Source: Malacoraja senta (taxonomy: Eukaryota). Taken from it: a DNA stretch of 64,000 nt. The DNA lies in NCBI GenBank assembly GCA_038087875.1, contig CM075989.1, forward strand, positions 24,182,001-24,246,000. The letters are read 5' to 3'. Below are positions 39,806 to 51,212 of the stretch, piece after piece. How positions within the stretch are numbered: position 1 is the stretch's first letter; the number at the start of each line of letters is the position of its first letter. Position numbers and translations under genes: made by a program. The notes below the pieces were generated by a model, which saw only the letters and a list, made by a program, of their open reading frames with translations, was not told the DNA's origin and ran no database searches.

Positions 39806-40807
39806 AGTAATTACTTCTAGTTTACAGTTGTTGCCAAATGTAGGTCTTTTCTCTCCAAGTAGCATATTTGAAAGTCACATGGTCTTTAGCGATGGTAGGC
39901 AAAAATGCTGGAGAAACTCAGCGGGTGAGGCAGCATCTATGGAGCGAAGGAATAGGTGACGTTTCAGGTCGAGACCCTTCTCCAGACTGATGGTGTCTTA
40001 AACAGCCAACACAATTATGCCCATGCCATATTACACCACACATGATATGGTGGAACATTTTTCTCATTGTGTATAATGTCATAAAATGGTGAAAAATATA
40101 CAAGTGAAGTGGACAGGGTTAAACCATTCATAAATATCTCAGGATATTAACGTCTGGGAAACCTTTAGACTGGAAGGAGCTATTCTATTGAGAAATATGG
40201 AATAGACCCCTGTCAGGAATGATTAACAGCACAAACACACTTGAGAAGAGCGTGTGCATGTAATTAGTATTTATTGTTGAGGATTATATTGATAAGTCCA
40301 GACAAGGATGAAAAACGATATACGCAAAATGAGCATTTGGATCATTGGATGTCGAGAGATCAAAACCATCAGTAGTGAATAATTGTGGGTTGCAAAGAAG
40401 GATTTTTAAATTAAATTTACCTCTGAAAATTCAGTAATTTTGAGTAAGACCATATGAAATGGATCAGGTTATTCCTCACTGAAAAGCTCTCTTACTGGAA
40501 AATTTATTAGCCTGACATTGAAGGGAATGTTTAAGTGCGGGCCCACGGAGAATTACCTGGCACATTCCAAGAGCAGAGCAGAGAACGGCAGGCACGGTGC
40601 CAGCGGCTTTTCCACCCGCTCCCGTTCCTCGAGCAAGCCAGGTACCTTGTCGTGGCCGAAGCGATCCGTTACATCAAAACGGACAACTAATGTCATGAGG
40701 CCTGGTTGTTTCACATGAAGGGTATTTTAAGCAAAGCACAAAGTGCTGGAGTAACCCAATGCATCAAGCAGCATTTGTGGAGGGAATAGATGTGACGTTT
40801 TGGGTCA

Positions 40808-41045
40808 TAAGGGATAGGAGAAGAATTAAGCCATTCAGCCCATTATGTCTATTCCGTCATTCAATCATGGCTGATCTATCTCTCCCCCCCAACCCCATTC
40901 TCCCGCCTTCTCCCCATAAACTCTGACACCCATTCTAATCAAGAATCTATCTATCTCTGCCTAAAAAATATCCACTGACTTGGCCTCCACAGATTTCTGT
41001 GGCAAAGAATTCCACAGAATCATCACCCTCTGACTAAAGAAATTT
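40808..41045 (-). mobile_element. CR1 3' tail
   Basis: tcaatcatggctgatctatc..ttggcctccac..gaattccacaga. Confidence 0.85.
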
Positions 41046-41407
41046 TCCGAAAAGAAGGAATGTAGAGGAAGGGATGTAGGTGGAATGTAGATGAAAATTA
41101 ATTTCCCTCCTGGGATAAATAAAGTTCTACCGTACCGTTAGGGGAAAGTGGGGGGCGGGATAGTGGGAAATGTTGGTGTACAACGAGGGCGTTGGTGTAG
41201 GAGAGAGAGAGAGAGAGCCTGTCCATTCCCTCCACAGATGCTGCCTGACCCGTTGAGTTACTCCAGCACTCTGTGTTTTGCTGAAGATTCCAGCATCTGC
41301 AGTTCTCTCCGTATTACCTGGGTGGGGGTGGGTGGGGGGGATTTGTTCTCTTTGGTCGGGTTAATTGCAAGCTTCAACGACATTATGTTTACTTTCTCAT
41401 TTTGCAG

Positions 41408-41535
41408 ATGTCAAGGATCACGCGCTCGGATGAGGACCAGGACACTGGCTGGGACGCATGGGGGTCCTGGAGCGACTGTTCCAGGACCTGTGGCGGAGGG
41501 GCCTCCTATTCCCTCCGTCGATGCTTAAACGGCAG
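41408..41535 (+). CDS. ADAMTSL3: ADAMTS-like (punctin) internal coding exon, N-terminal part of TSR1
   Basis: Polypyrimidine tract and ttttgcag acceptor, AG|GTGAGA donor, 128 nt. Translates as [42 protein letters not shown](R), which closely matches my recollection of ADAMTSL3 ([43 protein letters not shown]). RSDED, WSDC and LxGR favour ADAMTSL3 over ADAMTSL1. Confidence 0.9.
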
Positions 41536-41603
41536 GTGAGAGAAGAATCGTTAAACCTGACGTTTTAAATAAAGTCTCTTCGTGCCTTTCACAAAGTTTC
41601 ACA

Positions 41604-41905
41604 TGAAAACGCACACCTTCAGATTCAGGGACAGTTTCTTCCCAGCTGTTATCTGGCAACTGAATCATCCTACCACAACTAGGGAGCAGTGCTGGACTAT
41701 TATCTACCTCTTTGATGACCCTCAGACAGTCCTGGATCACACTTTGCTGGCTTTACCATGCACTAAACGTTATTCCCTTATCTTGTATCTGTACACTGTA
41801 AATGGCTCGATTGTAATCATGTATTGTCTTTCTGCTGACTGGTTAGCACGCAACAAAATATTTTCACTGTACTTTCGGTACATGCGACAATAAACGAAAC
41901 TGAAA
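41604..41905 (+). mobile_element. Rex1/Babar-like 3' fragment starting about 70 bp downstream of the exon
   Basis: KTHTFRFRDSFFPAVIWQLN; caataaacgaaactga tail. Confidence 0.8.
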
Positions 41906-41986
41906 ACTGCATGTTCATAAGTTCTAGGAGCAGAATAAGGCCATTCTCTCCATCAAATACAATGGAGCCTGCCTCACCATGCCCTA

Positions 41987-43090
41987 GTAGACAAAAGTGC
42001 TGGAGAAACTCAGCGGGTGCGGCAGCATCTATGGAGCGAAGGAAATAGGCAAAGTTTCGGGCCGAAACCCTTCTTCAGACCTCACCGTGCCCTGGTATGG
42101 AAATCCAGGACATCCGAGATGTCCTCCTTCTTTAGGGAACGGGGGTTCCCCTCTTCCATCATTGATGAGGCCCTCACTCGTATCTCCTCGGTATCCCGCA
42201 GCTCCACCCTTGCTCCCCCGAGTCCCCCTAGTCCTCATCTTCCACCCCATCAGCCGTCGCTTACAACACATAATCCTCCAACATTTCTGCCACCTCCAAC
42301 AGGATCCCACCACTAGCCACATTTTCCCATCTCCACCCCTTTCCGCAGAGACCGTTCCCTCCGCAATTCCTTGGTTAACTCATCCCTTCCCACCCAATCC
42401 AACCCCTCCCCAGGTACCTTCCCCTGCAACCGCAGAAGATGCAACACCTGATGTTATACCTCCTCCCTCGACTCTGTCCAGGGACCCCGACTGTCCTTTC
42501 AGGTTAGGCAGAGGTTCACCTGCACCTCCTCCAACCTACATCGGCGAGACCAAACACAGATCGTTTCGCGGAACACCTTCGCTCAGCCCGTGTGATCTCC
42601 CGGTTGCTAAACACTTTAATTCTCCTTCCCATTCCCACACAGACATTTCTGTCCTCGGTCTCCTCCATTGTCAGAGTGAGGCTAAACACAAATTGGAGGG
42701 ACAGCATCTCATATTTCACTTGGGCAGCTTACAGCCCAGTGGTATGAATATTGATTTCTCTAACTTCAGGAAGCCCCGGCATTCCCTCTCTCTCTATCCC
42801 TCCCCCACCCAAGTCGCACCAGCTTCTCGTTTTCACCCAACAAACAGCTAACAACGGCCTGTTTCCTTTATCATCGTTACTTTTTTACATATCTTTCATT
42901 CATTGTTCTTTATCTCTCTGCATCATCGCCCATATCTCTCATTTCCCTTTTCCCTAACCAGTCTAAAGAAGGGTCTCGACCCGAAGCGTCACCCATTCCT
43001 TCTCTCCAGAGATGCTGCCTGGCCCGCTGAGTTACTCCAGCTTTTTGTGTCTATCTTCGGTTAAATCAGCATCTGCAGTCCCTTCCTGCA
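41987..43090 (+). mobile_element. Penelope-like element, 5'-truncated and frameshifted, probably Neptune-type
   Basis: RT tail (SEMSSFFRERGFPSSIIDEALTR), Cys linker (GTFPCNRRRCNT), GIY-YIG pieces (YIGETK; PVAKHFNSPSHS..LGSLQPSGMN). Inverted terminal repeat at the 5' end (41987-42080) and direct terminal repeat at 42960-43090. Confidence 0.88.
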
Positions 43091-43097
43091 CATTAAT

Positions 43098-43270
43098 TGA
43101 CTTGGCCTCCACATCCTTCTGTGGCAATGAATTCCACCCTTTGACTAAAGAAATTCCTCCTCAACTCCTTCCTAAAGGTACGTTCTTTTATTGTGAGGAT
43201 ATGGCCTCTGGTCCTAGATTCTCCCACTAGCGGAAACATCCTCTCCATAGTCACTTTATCTCGGCCATTC
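43098..43270 (-). mobile_element. CR1 fragment
   Basis: MERMFPLVGESRTRGH..RRNFFSQRV. Confidence 0.8.
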
Positions 43271-43279
43271 ACTAAGAAG

Positions 43280-43588
43280 GGCAGCATGGTGGTGCAGCGG
43301 TAGAGTTGCTGCTTTACAGTGTCAGAGACGTGGGTTAGATCCTGACTACAGGTGTTGTCTGTATGGAGTTTATTCTCCCAGTGACCGCGTGGGTATTTGA
43401 CCGGTTGCTCCGGTTTCCTCCCACATCCCAACGACGTGCAGGTTTGTAGGTGAATTGGCTTCTGTAAATTGCCCTGAGTGTGTAGAATGTGAAAGTGGGG
43501 TAGAGCTAGTGAACAGGTGATCGATGGCCGGCGTGGACCTTGTGGACCGAAGGGCCTGTTTCCATGATGTATTTCTAGAATCAAAATT
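43280..43588 (+). mobile_element. V-SINE
   Basis: A/B boxes and V-domain. Confidence 0.82.
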
Positions 43589-43839
43589 AATACTTTGGTT
43601 TAAATAGCTGAGGGGAAGGTCACTGATTAGTCAGGGTCATGTTGATGGGCCGATTGGCCTAGACTTGCTTCTATTTACCTATGTTACAAAAAACGGAATT
43701 AAACTAACATAGGTAGGGATAATTTCTAGAAACCTGCACGCTGGTATTAGTACTTCTGAGAAGCCGCAGGCAGCAACAAATTATTTCTGAGTCCGATCCT
43801 AGTCAGAGGGTTTTTGTCGAATGGCCTTAACAACCCCTT

Positions 43840-44085
43840 AAAGTGGATGTAAAATATCCCATGGCACCGATTCAACACTGGATAGTAATCACTCTGCCAA
43901 AGTCACGAAAACAGTTGAACTAATCGTAGCCACATTGCTTTTTGTGGGATGTTGGTTTGTACAAATTGGCCACTCTCTCCAGCCTTGCCACAGTGATTAT
44001 ACATTCAAGATAATACTTGCTGTAAAATGCTTTGACGTGTGCCAGGGTTGTAAAGGGTGGGATATAAATACAAGTCTGTTTTCCT
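43840..44085 (+). mobile_element. Deu-SINE (SacSINE1/AmnSINE1-like) remnant
   Basis: gtggatgtaaaatatcccatggcac; cacattgctttttgtgggat..caaattggc; gctgtaaaatgctttg..gatataaatacaagtct. Matched to the family from memory. Confidence 0.65.
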
Positions 44086-44307
44086 ATTTCCTCAGCGTGA
44101 CTTGGTTCAAAGAGAAAATGAAATATTTGTACTTTAGCCTTCTTCCTGCTGTTCGATGTTGTGGGAGTGAGGCCAATTGACCAATGCAGATACATCAACA
44201 TTTATCAAACTCACAGAACTGTGTGCATTGGAGTTTGCTTACAATGGACGGACCAAGCTCAATCTTTCTGTCCAGCGTGCCAAGTGGTCCATTCAAGTAC
44301 TTGGGAC

Positions 44308-44740
44308 TTTAGAGATACAGCACGGAAACAGGCCCTTCGGCCCACCTAGTCCGCACCGTCCAGCGATCCCCACACACTAACAATGTCCTGCACACTAGGA
44401 ACAATTCACGATTTTTTTTTTACCAAAGCCTATTAACCTGCAAACCAGCCGGAAGATGCTGGTTTATGCCAAAGATAAACACAAAATGTTGGAGTAACTC
44501 AGCAGGTCAGGCAGCATCTCTGGAGAAAAGGAATGGGTGATGTTTCAGGTCAGAACCCTTCTTCAGACAACCTGCAATCCTGTACGTCTATGGAGTGTGG
44601 GAGGAAACCGGAGCACCCGGAGAAAACCCACGCGGTCACAGGGAGAACGTAAAACTCCGTACAGACAGCACCCGTAGTCGGGATCGAACCCAGGTCTCTG
44701 GTGCTGTGAGGCAGCAACTCTACCGCTGCGCCACCGTGAC
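44308..44740 (-). mobile_element. V-SINE interrupted by a PLE unit (44447-44568)
   Basis: TSD aacctgcaa(a/t)cc at 44435-44446 and 44569-44580. Confidence 0.82.
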
Positions 44741-45405
44741 GGCCCCAAAGGAGAGAAACTTTGAATATTTTGAAACTAAATGGGTCTAAACAGCAAGCTT
44801 TAATGCTCATCTCTTCAATGCTTACATTTCGCAATATTCTATTTTACAAATCAGATTATGTCGATTAGCAAGCGGAGCGTTCATCCATTTGTAAATCCCA
44901 GAAGGTTTACTATGGGGTTCAGGTTTATTATTGTCACGTGTGTCGAGGTACAGTCAAGCTGCCGTGATGGTAAAATAAGCAAAATAAACCCCAGTGGAGA
45001 CCCATGGTAGAGTTTAAATTGCTTCGACTTACAAACTAGGAAAGTAATCCATGAACATTTGTGAAATTGGCATCCAGTTAACTGAAGTTCCAGATGAACA
45101 CATGCCTGAAGCTTTGTAAATGTTCCATTTGCTCCCCTTTTAGTAACATCACATTCAAATCTATAATATTCTCTAATTATGTAATTGATTGAACAGAGCT
45201 AATTTGCTGCACTTTGCACCGAGAAAATAGCTCAAAGTTTTGAGGTAAATGAGATAATTATTCAGTGTGAAATATAGCTATTGGCTTCATCCAGTCAGGA
45301 ACTAACGAATGATTCTTCTTTTATCTGATCCACATCCATTCCTGACCTCCTCCTAAACATTGATTCCCTGCTTCCTAAACTCTATAACTCACTCACTAAT
45401 GAATT

Positions 45406-45538
45406 CAGTCTGAAGAAGGGTCTCGACCCGAAACGTCACCCATTCCTTCTCTCCAGAGATGCTGCCTGCCCCGCTGAGTTACTCCAGCATTTTGTGTCTA
45501 TCTTTGATGTAAACCAGCATCTGCAGTTCTTTCCTACA
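45406..45538 (+). mobile_element. Solo 133-bp PLE-derived hammerhead unit with 12-bp TSD
   Basis: TSD cactaatgaatt at 45394-45405 and 45539-45550; intact core at 45410-45437. Confidence 0.85.
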
Positions 45539-45659
45539 CACTAATGAATTGTCTATTATAGTGCTGAGGTGCAATGATCCAAAGAGATCGCTTTTACTCA
45601 GAAGAGCAAGCAACGTGTGTGGGCTTAACATCAGGAAACATCTTTGGAAAGACAAACAG

Positions 45660-45795
45660 TTAGTTTTAATTTAGAGATACAGCGTGGAAACAGGGTGAAC
45701 GTGCAAACTCCAGACAGACAGAATCCATAGTCAGGATTGAACCTGGGTCTCTGGCGCTGTAAGGCAGCAACTCTACCGCTGCGCCACCGTGCCGC
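45660..45795 (-). mobile_element. Internally deleted V-SINE
   Basis: Head and tail joined directly. Confidence 0.7.
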
Positions 45796-45850
45796 ACAAA
45801 GTTTCAGGTCGTAGATACAAAGAACTGCACTTGGTGGTTAATACATGATG

Positions 45851-45985
45851 GAGTATCTCAGCGGGTCAGGCAGCATCTGTGGAGAACATGGATAGGTGAT
45901 GTTTCACAGAGTGCTGGAGTAACTCAGCGGGTCAGGCAGCATCTCTGGAGAACATGGATAGGTGACGTTTCACAGAGTGCTGGAG
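45851..45985 (-). repeat. Two 66-bp PLE-derived units
   Basis: Same unit as the other arrays. Confidence 0.8.
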
Positions 45986-46628
45986 GAACCTGGGGACCTT
46001 GCTGGAGTGGGGGCTGGTGTGCTGCTTGCAGGAGGTCCACTTGCCACCACTCAGATGCCAACGAGGAGATGCAGGAAGGGTGAGGTAGATGGGGAACACA
46101 AACTCTTCATGATCCTTGGTCATTTTCGAGGTCCGTTTTTGGAGTCTGTGGGTGGAATGATATCTGGAAGCCATGTGTGGATAAGGCAGCTGCTTCTGCG
46201 GGTGACATCTGCTGTATCCCAGCCAAATCCATTCCACGTGAAACACATTATACGACCAAGGAGCCAACGCTACTTTCAAACATTCTGCCAGCAGGATGAC
46301 TAATGAGCAAGCACCAGAAAATGCTCCGTCATATGAACCCTATAATCACCAGCAGCCTGTTACCACACTTAGCCCGACTTGTATGGACATTCAGAAAGCT
46401 CCTGGCACGAGAGCAAACAGCAGAGACAAATTAGTCAGGGAGAGAGGAATGTGAGGAGAATTAGTCGAGCTCATGCACAGTGTTACAGAACTCTAACCAT
46501 GGCAATAATTGGTGTCATTTTGAGAATTAATGACGCAGCAATTATGGTAATTTCCCTGGGTCAGTGTGGAAGATGAGAGGACCTCTGTTAGGTTCCCCTC
46601 TCCATCAGGAAGTCTTGGACCTTTTCCA

Positions 46629-47012
46629 GACACTGCACCAAGTCCCTGCACCGTCCCTGCACCCAGTTCCTGCACCAAATCCCTGCACCGTCCATGCACC
46701 GTTCCTGCACCCAGTCCCTGCACCGTCCCTGCACCCAGTTCCTGCACCAAATCCCTCCACCGTCCCTGCACCGTCCATGCACCGTCCATGCACCGTTCCT
46801 CCACCGTCCCTGCACCCAGTTCCTGCACCGTCCATGCACCGTTCCTCCACCGTCCCTGCACCCAGTTCCTCCACCGTCCCTGCACCGTCCCTGCACCGTC
46901 CATGCACCGTTCCTGCACCGTTCCTGCACCCAGTCCCTGCACCGTTCCTGCACCGTTCCTGCACCAAGTCCCTGCATCGTCCCTGCACCGTCCCTGCACC
47001 AAGTCCCTGCAA
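46629..47012. repeat. Minisatellite of 11-13 bp variant units (TGCACCGTCCC, TGCACCCAGTTCC)
   Basis: About 30 units; explains the six overlapping repetitive ORFs. Confidence 0.95.
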
Positions 47013-47084
47013 ATCTCAGGCATTTATTAGGTCTTACCAGAGAGAGAGAGTGAGAAAGGGGTCGACTATACTGATCTCAAGTAT

Positions 47085-47370
47085 AGTTTAGTTTAGAGAT
47101 ACAGCGCGGAAACAGGCCCTTCGGCCCACCTAGTCCACGCCAACCAGCGATCCCCGCACATCAACACTACCCCATACACACTTGGGACAATTTACAATTT
47201 AACCTAAGCCAATTAACCTGCAAACCTGTACGTCTTTGGAGGAAACCGGAGCACCCAGAGAAAACCCACACAGGTCACGGGGGGAACGTACAAACTCTGT
47301 ACACACAGGATTGAATCTGGGTCTCTGGCGCTGTAAGGCAGCAACTCGACCACTGCACCACCGTGCCGCC
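47085..47370 (-). mobile_element. V-SINE
   Basis: Reverse copy. Confidence 0.82.
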
Positions 47371-47520
47371 CAAACACAAGAAGGAAAATTCAAGACTGGA
47401 GATAATGCTAGGTCTTTCTTCCCAAAGTAAATACTGGTGCCTAACATCAATGATTAAATCATTAAACTATTAAACTTTTTTTTTCTTGAGTCGGAAGAAG
47501 GGTCCCAACTCAAGATGTCG

Positions 47521-47690
47521 TCTATCCATTCCCATCACAGATGCTGCCTGACCCGCTGAGTGTGTCCCTTCCCTCCACACTTGCTGCCTGACCCGCTGAG
47601 TGTCCATTCCCTCCACAGATGCTGCCTGACCCGCTGAGTCTGTCCATTCCCTCCACAGATGCTGCCTGACCCGCTGAGTTCCGCCAGCAC
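47521..47690 (+). repeat. Four tandem units of about 39-40 bp derived from the PLE terminal repeat
   Basis: tgtccattccctccacagatgctgcctgacccgctgag repeated. Confidence 0.85.
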
Positions 47691-48039
47691 CTTTGTTTTG
47701 CTCCTTCATTCCCAGTTCTCACGCAGGGCCTTCAACTTGGAATGTTAACCCTGATGCTTTCTCTGCAGATGCTGCCTGACCTGCCGACTGTTTTCAACAT
47801 TTTCTATTTTTAGTCCATTAAATGTGTGATTTAAATGATAAACAGCATTATGACTGAAGTGGTTTCTTCAATACTGTTGAGTTTTTAATTTTTGGAGCAC
47901 ATGGTATTCACTGTCATGAAATGATGTTCTTGTCAAAAGTGATAGTAGAATCAGGCCATTCGGCCCATCAGGTCTACTCTGCCATTCTATCTCTCCCCCC
48001 TAACCCCATTCTCCTGCCTTCTCCCCATTGCCATTGACA

Positions 48040-48320
48040 AAATGGTGCAGCCGGTAGAGCCTGAGACCCGGGTTCAATCCTGACCTTGGGTGCTGTCGGC
48101 ACGGAGTTTGCACGTTCTCCCTGTGACCACGTGGGTTTCTTCCGGGTGCTATGGTTTCCTTCCACATCCCAAAGACGGGCGGGTTTGTGGGTTCATTGGC
48201 CTCTGTAAACTGCCCCTAATGTGACAAAGTGGGACAACATAGAACTGGTGTGAACGAGTGTTTGATGGTCGGTGTGGACTCGGTGGGCCGAAGGGCCTGT
48301 TTCCATGCTGTATCTATCAA
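48040..48320 (+). mobile_element. V-SINE, preceded by a CR1 tail (about 47940-48027)
   Basis: B box, V-domain and tail. Confidence 0.8.
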
Positions 48321-49673
48321 TTAATAAATCCCATGAGACAGAAGATTTTAGTTTCCATAAATTAGAACCCAGCTTGTTGGATACATTGTTCACTCCACTT
48401 GTCACAGTCCATGACTCTGACTAAGATGAATAAGTGAGTCCTTGGTAAATCACGCAGCAAAAACATCCTTAGACAAGCCTCTAACGATGTTTCTGTGGAG
48501 GGAAACAGACACGGACAAAGTTTCGGAATGGTCCAGACCCAAAGTATCGCCCGTCCATTCCCTCCACAGATGCTGCCTGTACCGCTGAGTTCTTCCAGCA
48601 GTTTGTATTTTGCTCAAGTTCCAGCATCTGCAGTTCCTTCAGTCTCGAACAATGTTTGTTCGATTCCAAACCCCGTTCATCACATGCAACTGGAAGAGTT
48701 TTGAAACCTGGACATGCGTGCGGACAAAATAGTGCCAAATGTATCAGGATGTTTCAACGACAACTTGGTCACTTAATTCAATTCATTTATGTCTAATTTA
48801 ACACTTGCCAGTAATGGAGAGGTCCCCTCTGTATTTGTCTGGGTTTTACATTTGTTACACTAGGTTTACAGAGCATTATTGTACTTGGTTTGATGTGAAC
48901 TCTGGGCTTCACATTTCCTTGCTTCTAAAACTAGGTATGTGTTGTAAGTATTTTAGCATGAAAGGACCACTTGCCTAATGAGTAACACGAACAGTGGGTT
49001 CTTGTGTAATAGACTATTTAACAGAAAGGGGCAGATTATTCATCATTGAACAGTCTGGATATTTTTTCAAACAAAGTTCTTCTTAAAAGATGGACAATGG
49101 TTACACAACAAACCTGTAACTCATATATTCCATCGCATGCTCATCTTGGCTGCTTAACTCTTGATAATAGATTTATTTTTGGAAAAGACATTAGCAGAGA
49201 AGAGAGTTTTATTTTGCTTGTGAACATTTGATTATGATAGTTGTAGGAAATATTTAAACAAACTTATGCTTGGTCTTTGAAGGTTGACCTATGTTTGTGC
49301 GTGCACTGTGGGGCTTCACTCAATGACTAGTTTCATTATACCTAAACCCTGGCAGGTATTTTCTACTAATGTTTTGACAGGTGAAGTAAAATTTCGCTTG
49401 ATTCAGAACCAGAGCTAAAGCCCTTGTCAAAAATGATTTAATTTGCTTCACTAAGCTTATGATCTTGGCTGAAGACCCAAATTTGTTAGTCGTGAAGAGC
49501 GTTTTAAATTGATCAGGGATTAATAGATTTTGACCATTGAACGCTTCCTTTGTTTAATCGGGCACCTATGATAATTCACTTTATAATGGGAGCTTTTGTG
49601 AAGCATTTCATCAGTTTTGTTTTATGTTAAAACCTGCTCTTTACATCAGTGTTTTTTATTTGTTCTCTCTTAG

Positions 49674-49719
49674 GCGTTGTGAAGGGAAAAACATTAGATA
49701 CAGAACCTGCAGCAATGTG
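49674..49719 (+). CDS. ADAMTSL3: ADAMTS-like next coding exon, C-terminal part of TSR1
   Basis: ttctctcttag acceptor, GTG|GTAAGT donor, 46 nt. Phase-compatible with the previous exon: (R)RCEGKNIRYRTCSNV, matching the ADAMTSL1/3 CEGxNIRYxTCSN motif. Confidence 0.9.
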
Positions 49720-49734
49720 GTAAGTTCTGAATTA

Positions 49735-50579
49735 TTTCTAATTTTTTTAATTTTTTTTTTTTTTAATTTTTATTTATTAGAAGTACATTACATTACAACC
49801 AATTACATTAGTACTCGTCACGTATATCTTATTACAATTAATGTACTCTGTCATTTTTTACACTAATAGAAGGGAAAGGATGAGATTGAGAGAAAGGAGA
49901 AAGTGAAGGAAAATAGTGAAGGTGTAAAAACGTGAAAACAAGAAAGAACAAAGACCCTGTAAGAAAGAAATTTAAAAAAAGAATTAAGAGATAGACCCTA
50001 AAGAAGAAGAAGAAAGGGAAAGAGGGAAAAGAGACAAACAAATACTTTATTATAAGCATCACGCAAATGGGACATACCAACTCTCCAGCTTTCATCCCCC
50101 TTTACCTGACCTCAATTTTTTTTTTTAAAGTACTTTTGCACCCTATACTTGTAATAATTCTATAACTGCAGACCACGTCAGGTGGAAGTGATCTGGTTTA
50201 CCTGCCAGGAGGAGTCTTATCTCTTCTAGGTGTAATGTTTCAAACATATTTGAAATCCACATGTTTATAGTTGGTATTGGAGCGTTTTTCCAGAATTTTA
50301 GGATTAACTTTTTTCCAGTTATTAACCCGTAATCTATTAATTTCTTTTGAAACACATTTAGTTCTGGACTATCTTCCGTTGTTCCGAAGATAATCCATTC
50401 TGCTTTAGGTATCAGTTTTATTTTAAATAATTTTGTAAAGATTTCAAAAATTTCAATCCAAAATTTTTGAATTTTTGTACAGAAAACAAATGAGTGCGCT
50501 ATAGTAGCTTCTTGGGATTGACATTTATCACAAATGGATGATACATTTGGGAACATTTTATTAATTTTAGTTTTGAATT
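49735..50579 (-). mobile_element. 5'-truncated L1-clade LINE (second family) with 14-bp TSD
   Basis: ORF2 C-terminus INKMFPNVSSICDKCQSQEATIAHSFVFC..; T-tract at 49742-49764; TSD taagttctgaatta at 49721-49734 and 50580-50593. Confidence 0.92.
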
Positions 50580-50889
50580 TAAGTTCTGAATTAAAAAGCA
50601 TCTGATGAACAATCACATGTGGATTACCGTTATTCTGTTGTGTTCCTCGTGCAGCGGGAGAATTTACACTGAGCTAGTGGACTTGCTTCTTATGCATTTT
50701 TGTTTAGAGCTCATGATGACATTTATCAATAAAATATTATTTTCCCGTCTCATATAACACGAACAGACTACTGATAGTTTGATCTTTTTTAACCGGTACT
50801 CTGAAATTATACAAGTGAAGAGAGGCACAAAATGCTGGAGTAATTCAGCGTGGAAAGGCAGCATCTCTGGAGAGAAGGAATGGGTGACG

Positions 50890-51212
50890 GGGAAGTCCAG
50901 GACAAGGGGTCACAGCTTAAGGATAAGGGGGAAATCCTTTAAGACCGAGATGAGGAAAAACTTTTTCACACAGAGAGTGGTGAATCTCTGGAACTCTCTG
51001 CCACAGAGGGTAGTTGAGGCCAGTTCATTGGCTATATTTAAGAGGGAGTTAGATGTGGCCCTTGTGGCTAAAGGGATCAGGGGGTATGGAGAGAAGGCAG
51101 GTACGGGATACTGAGTTGGATGATCAGCCATGATCATATTGAATGGCGGTGCAGGCTCGAAGGGCCGAATGGCCTACTCCTGCACCTATTTTCTATGTAT
51201 CTATGTATCTAT
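50890..51212 (+). mobile_element. CR1 3' fragment inserted in a PLE foldback (about 50826-51350)
   Basis: GKSRTRGHSLRIRGKSFKTEMRKNFFTQRVVNLWNSLPQ; flanking repeat gtgacg at 50884-50889 and 51213-51218. Confidence 0.9.

Noticed and set aside
41148..41528. 126-aa ORF overlapping the exon
   Set aside because: Wrong frame; the real exon uses the frame beginning at ATG 41408.
46493..47091. Six overlapping 119-176 aa ORFs
   Set aside because: Artefact of a stop-free minisatellite.
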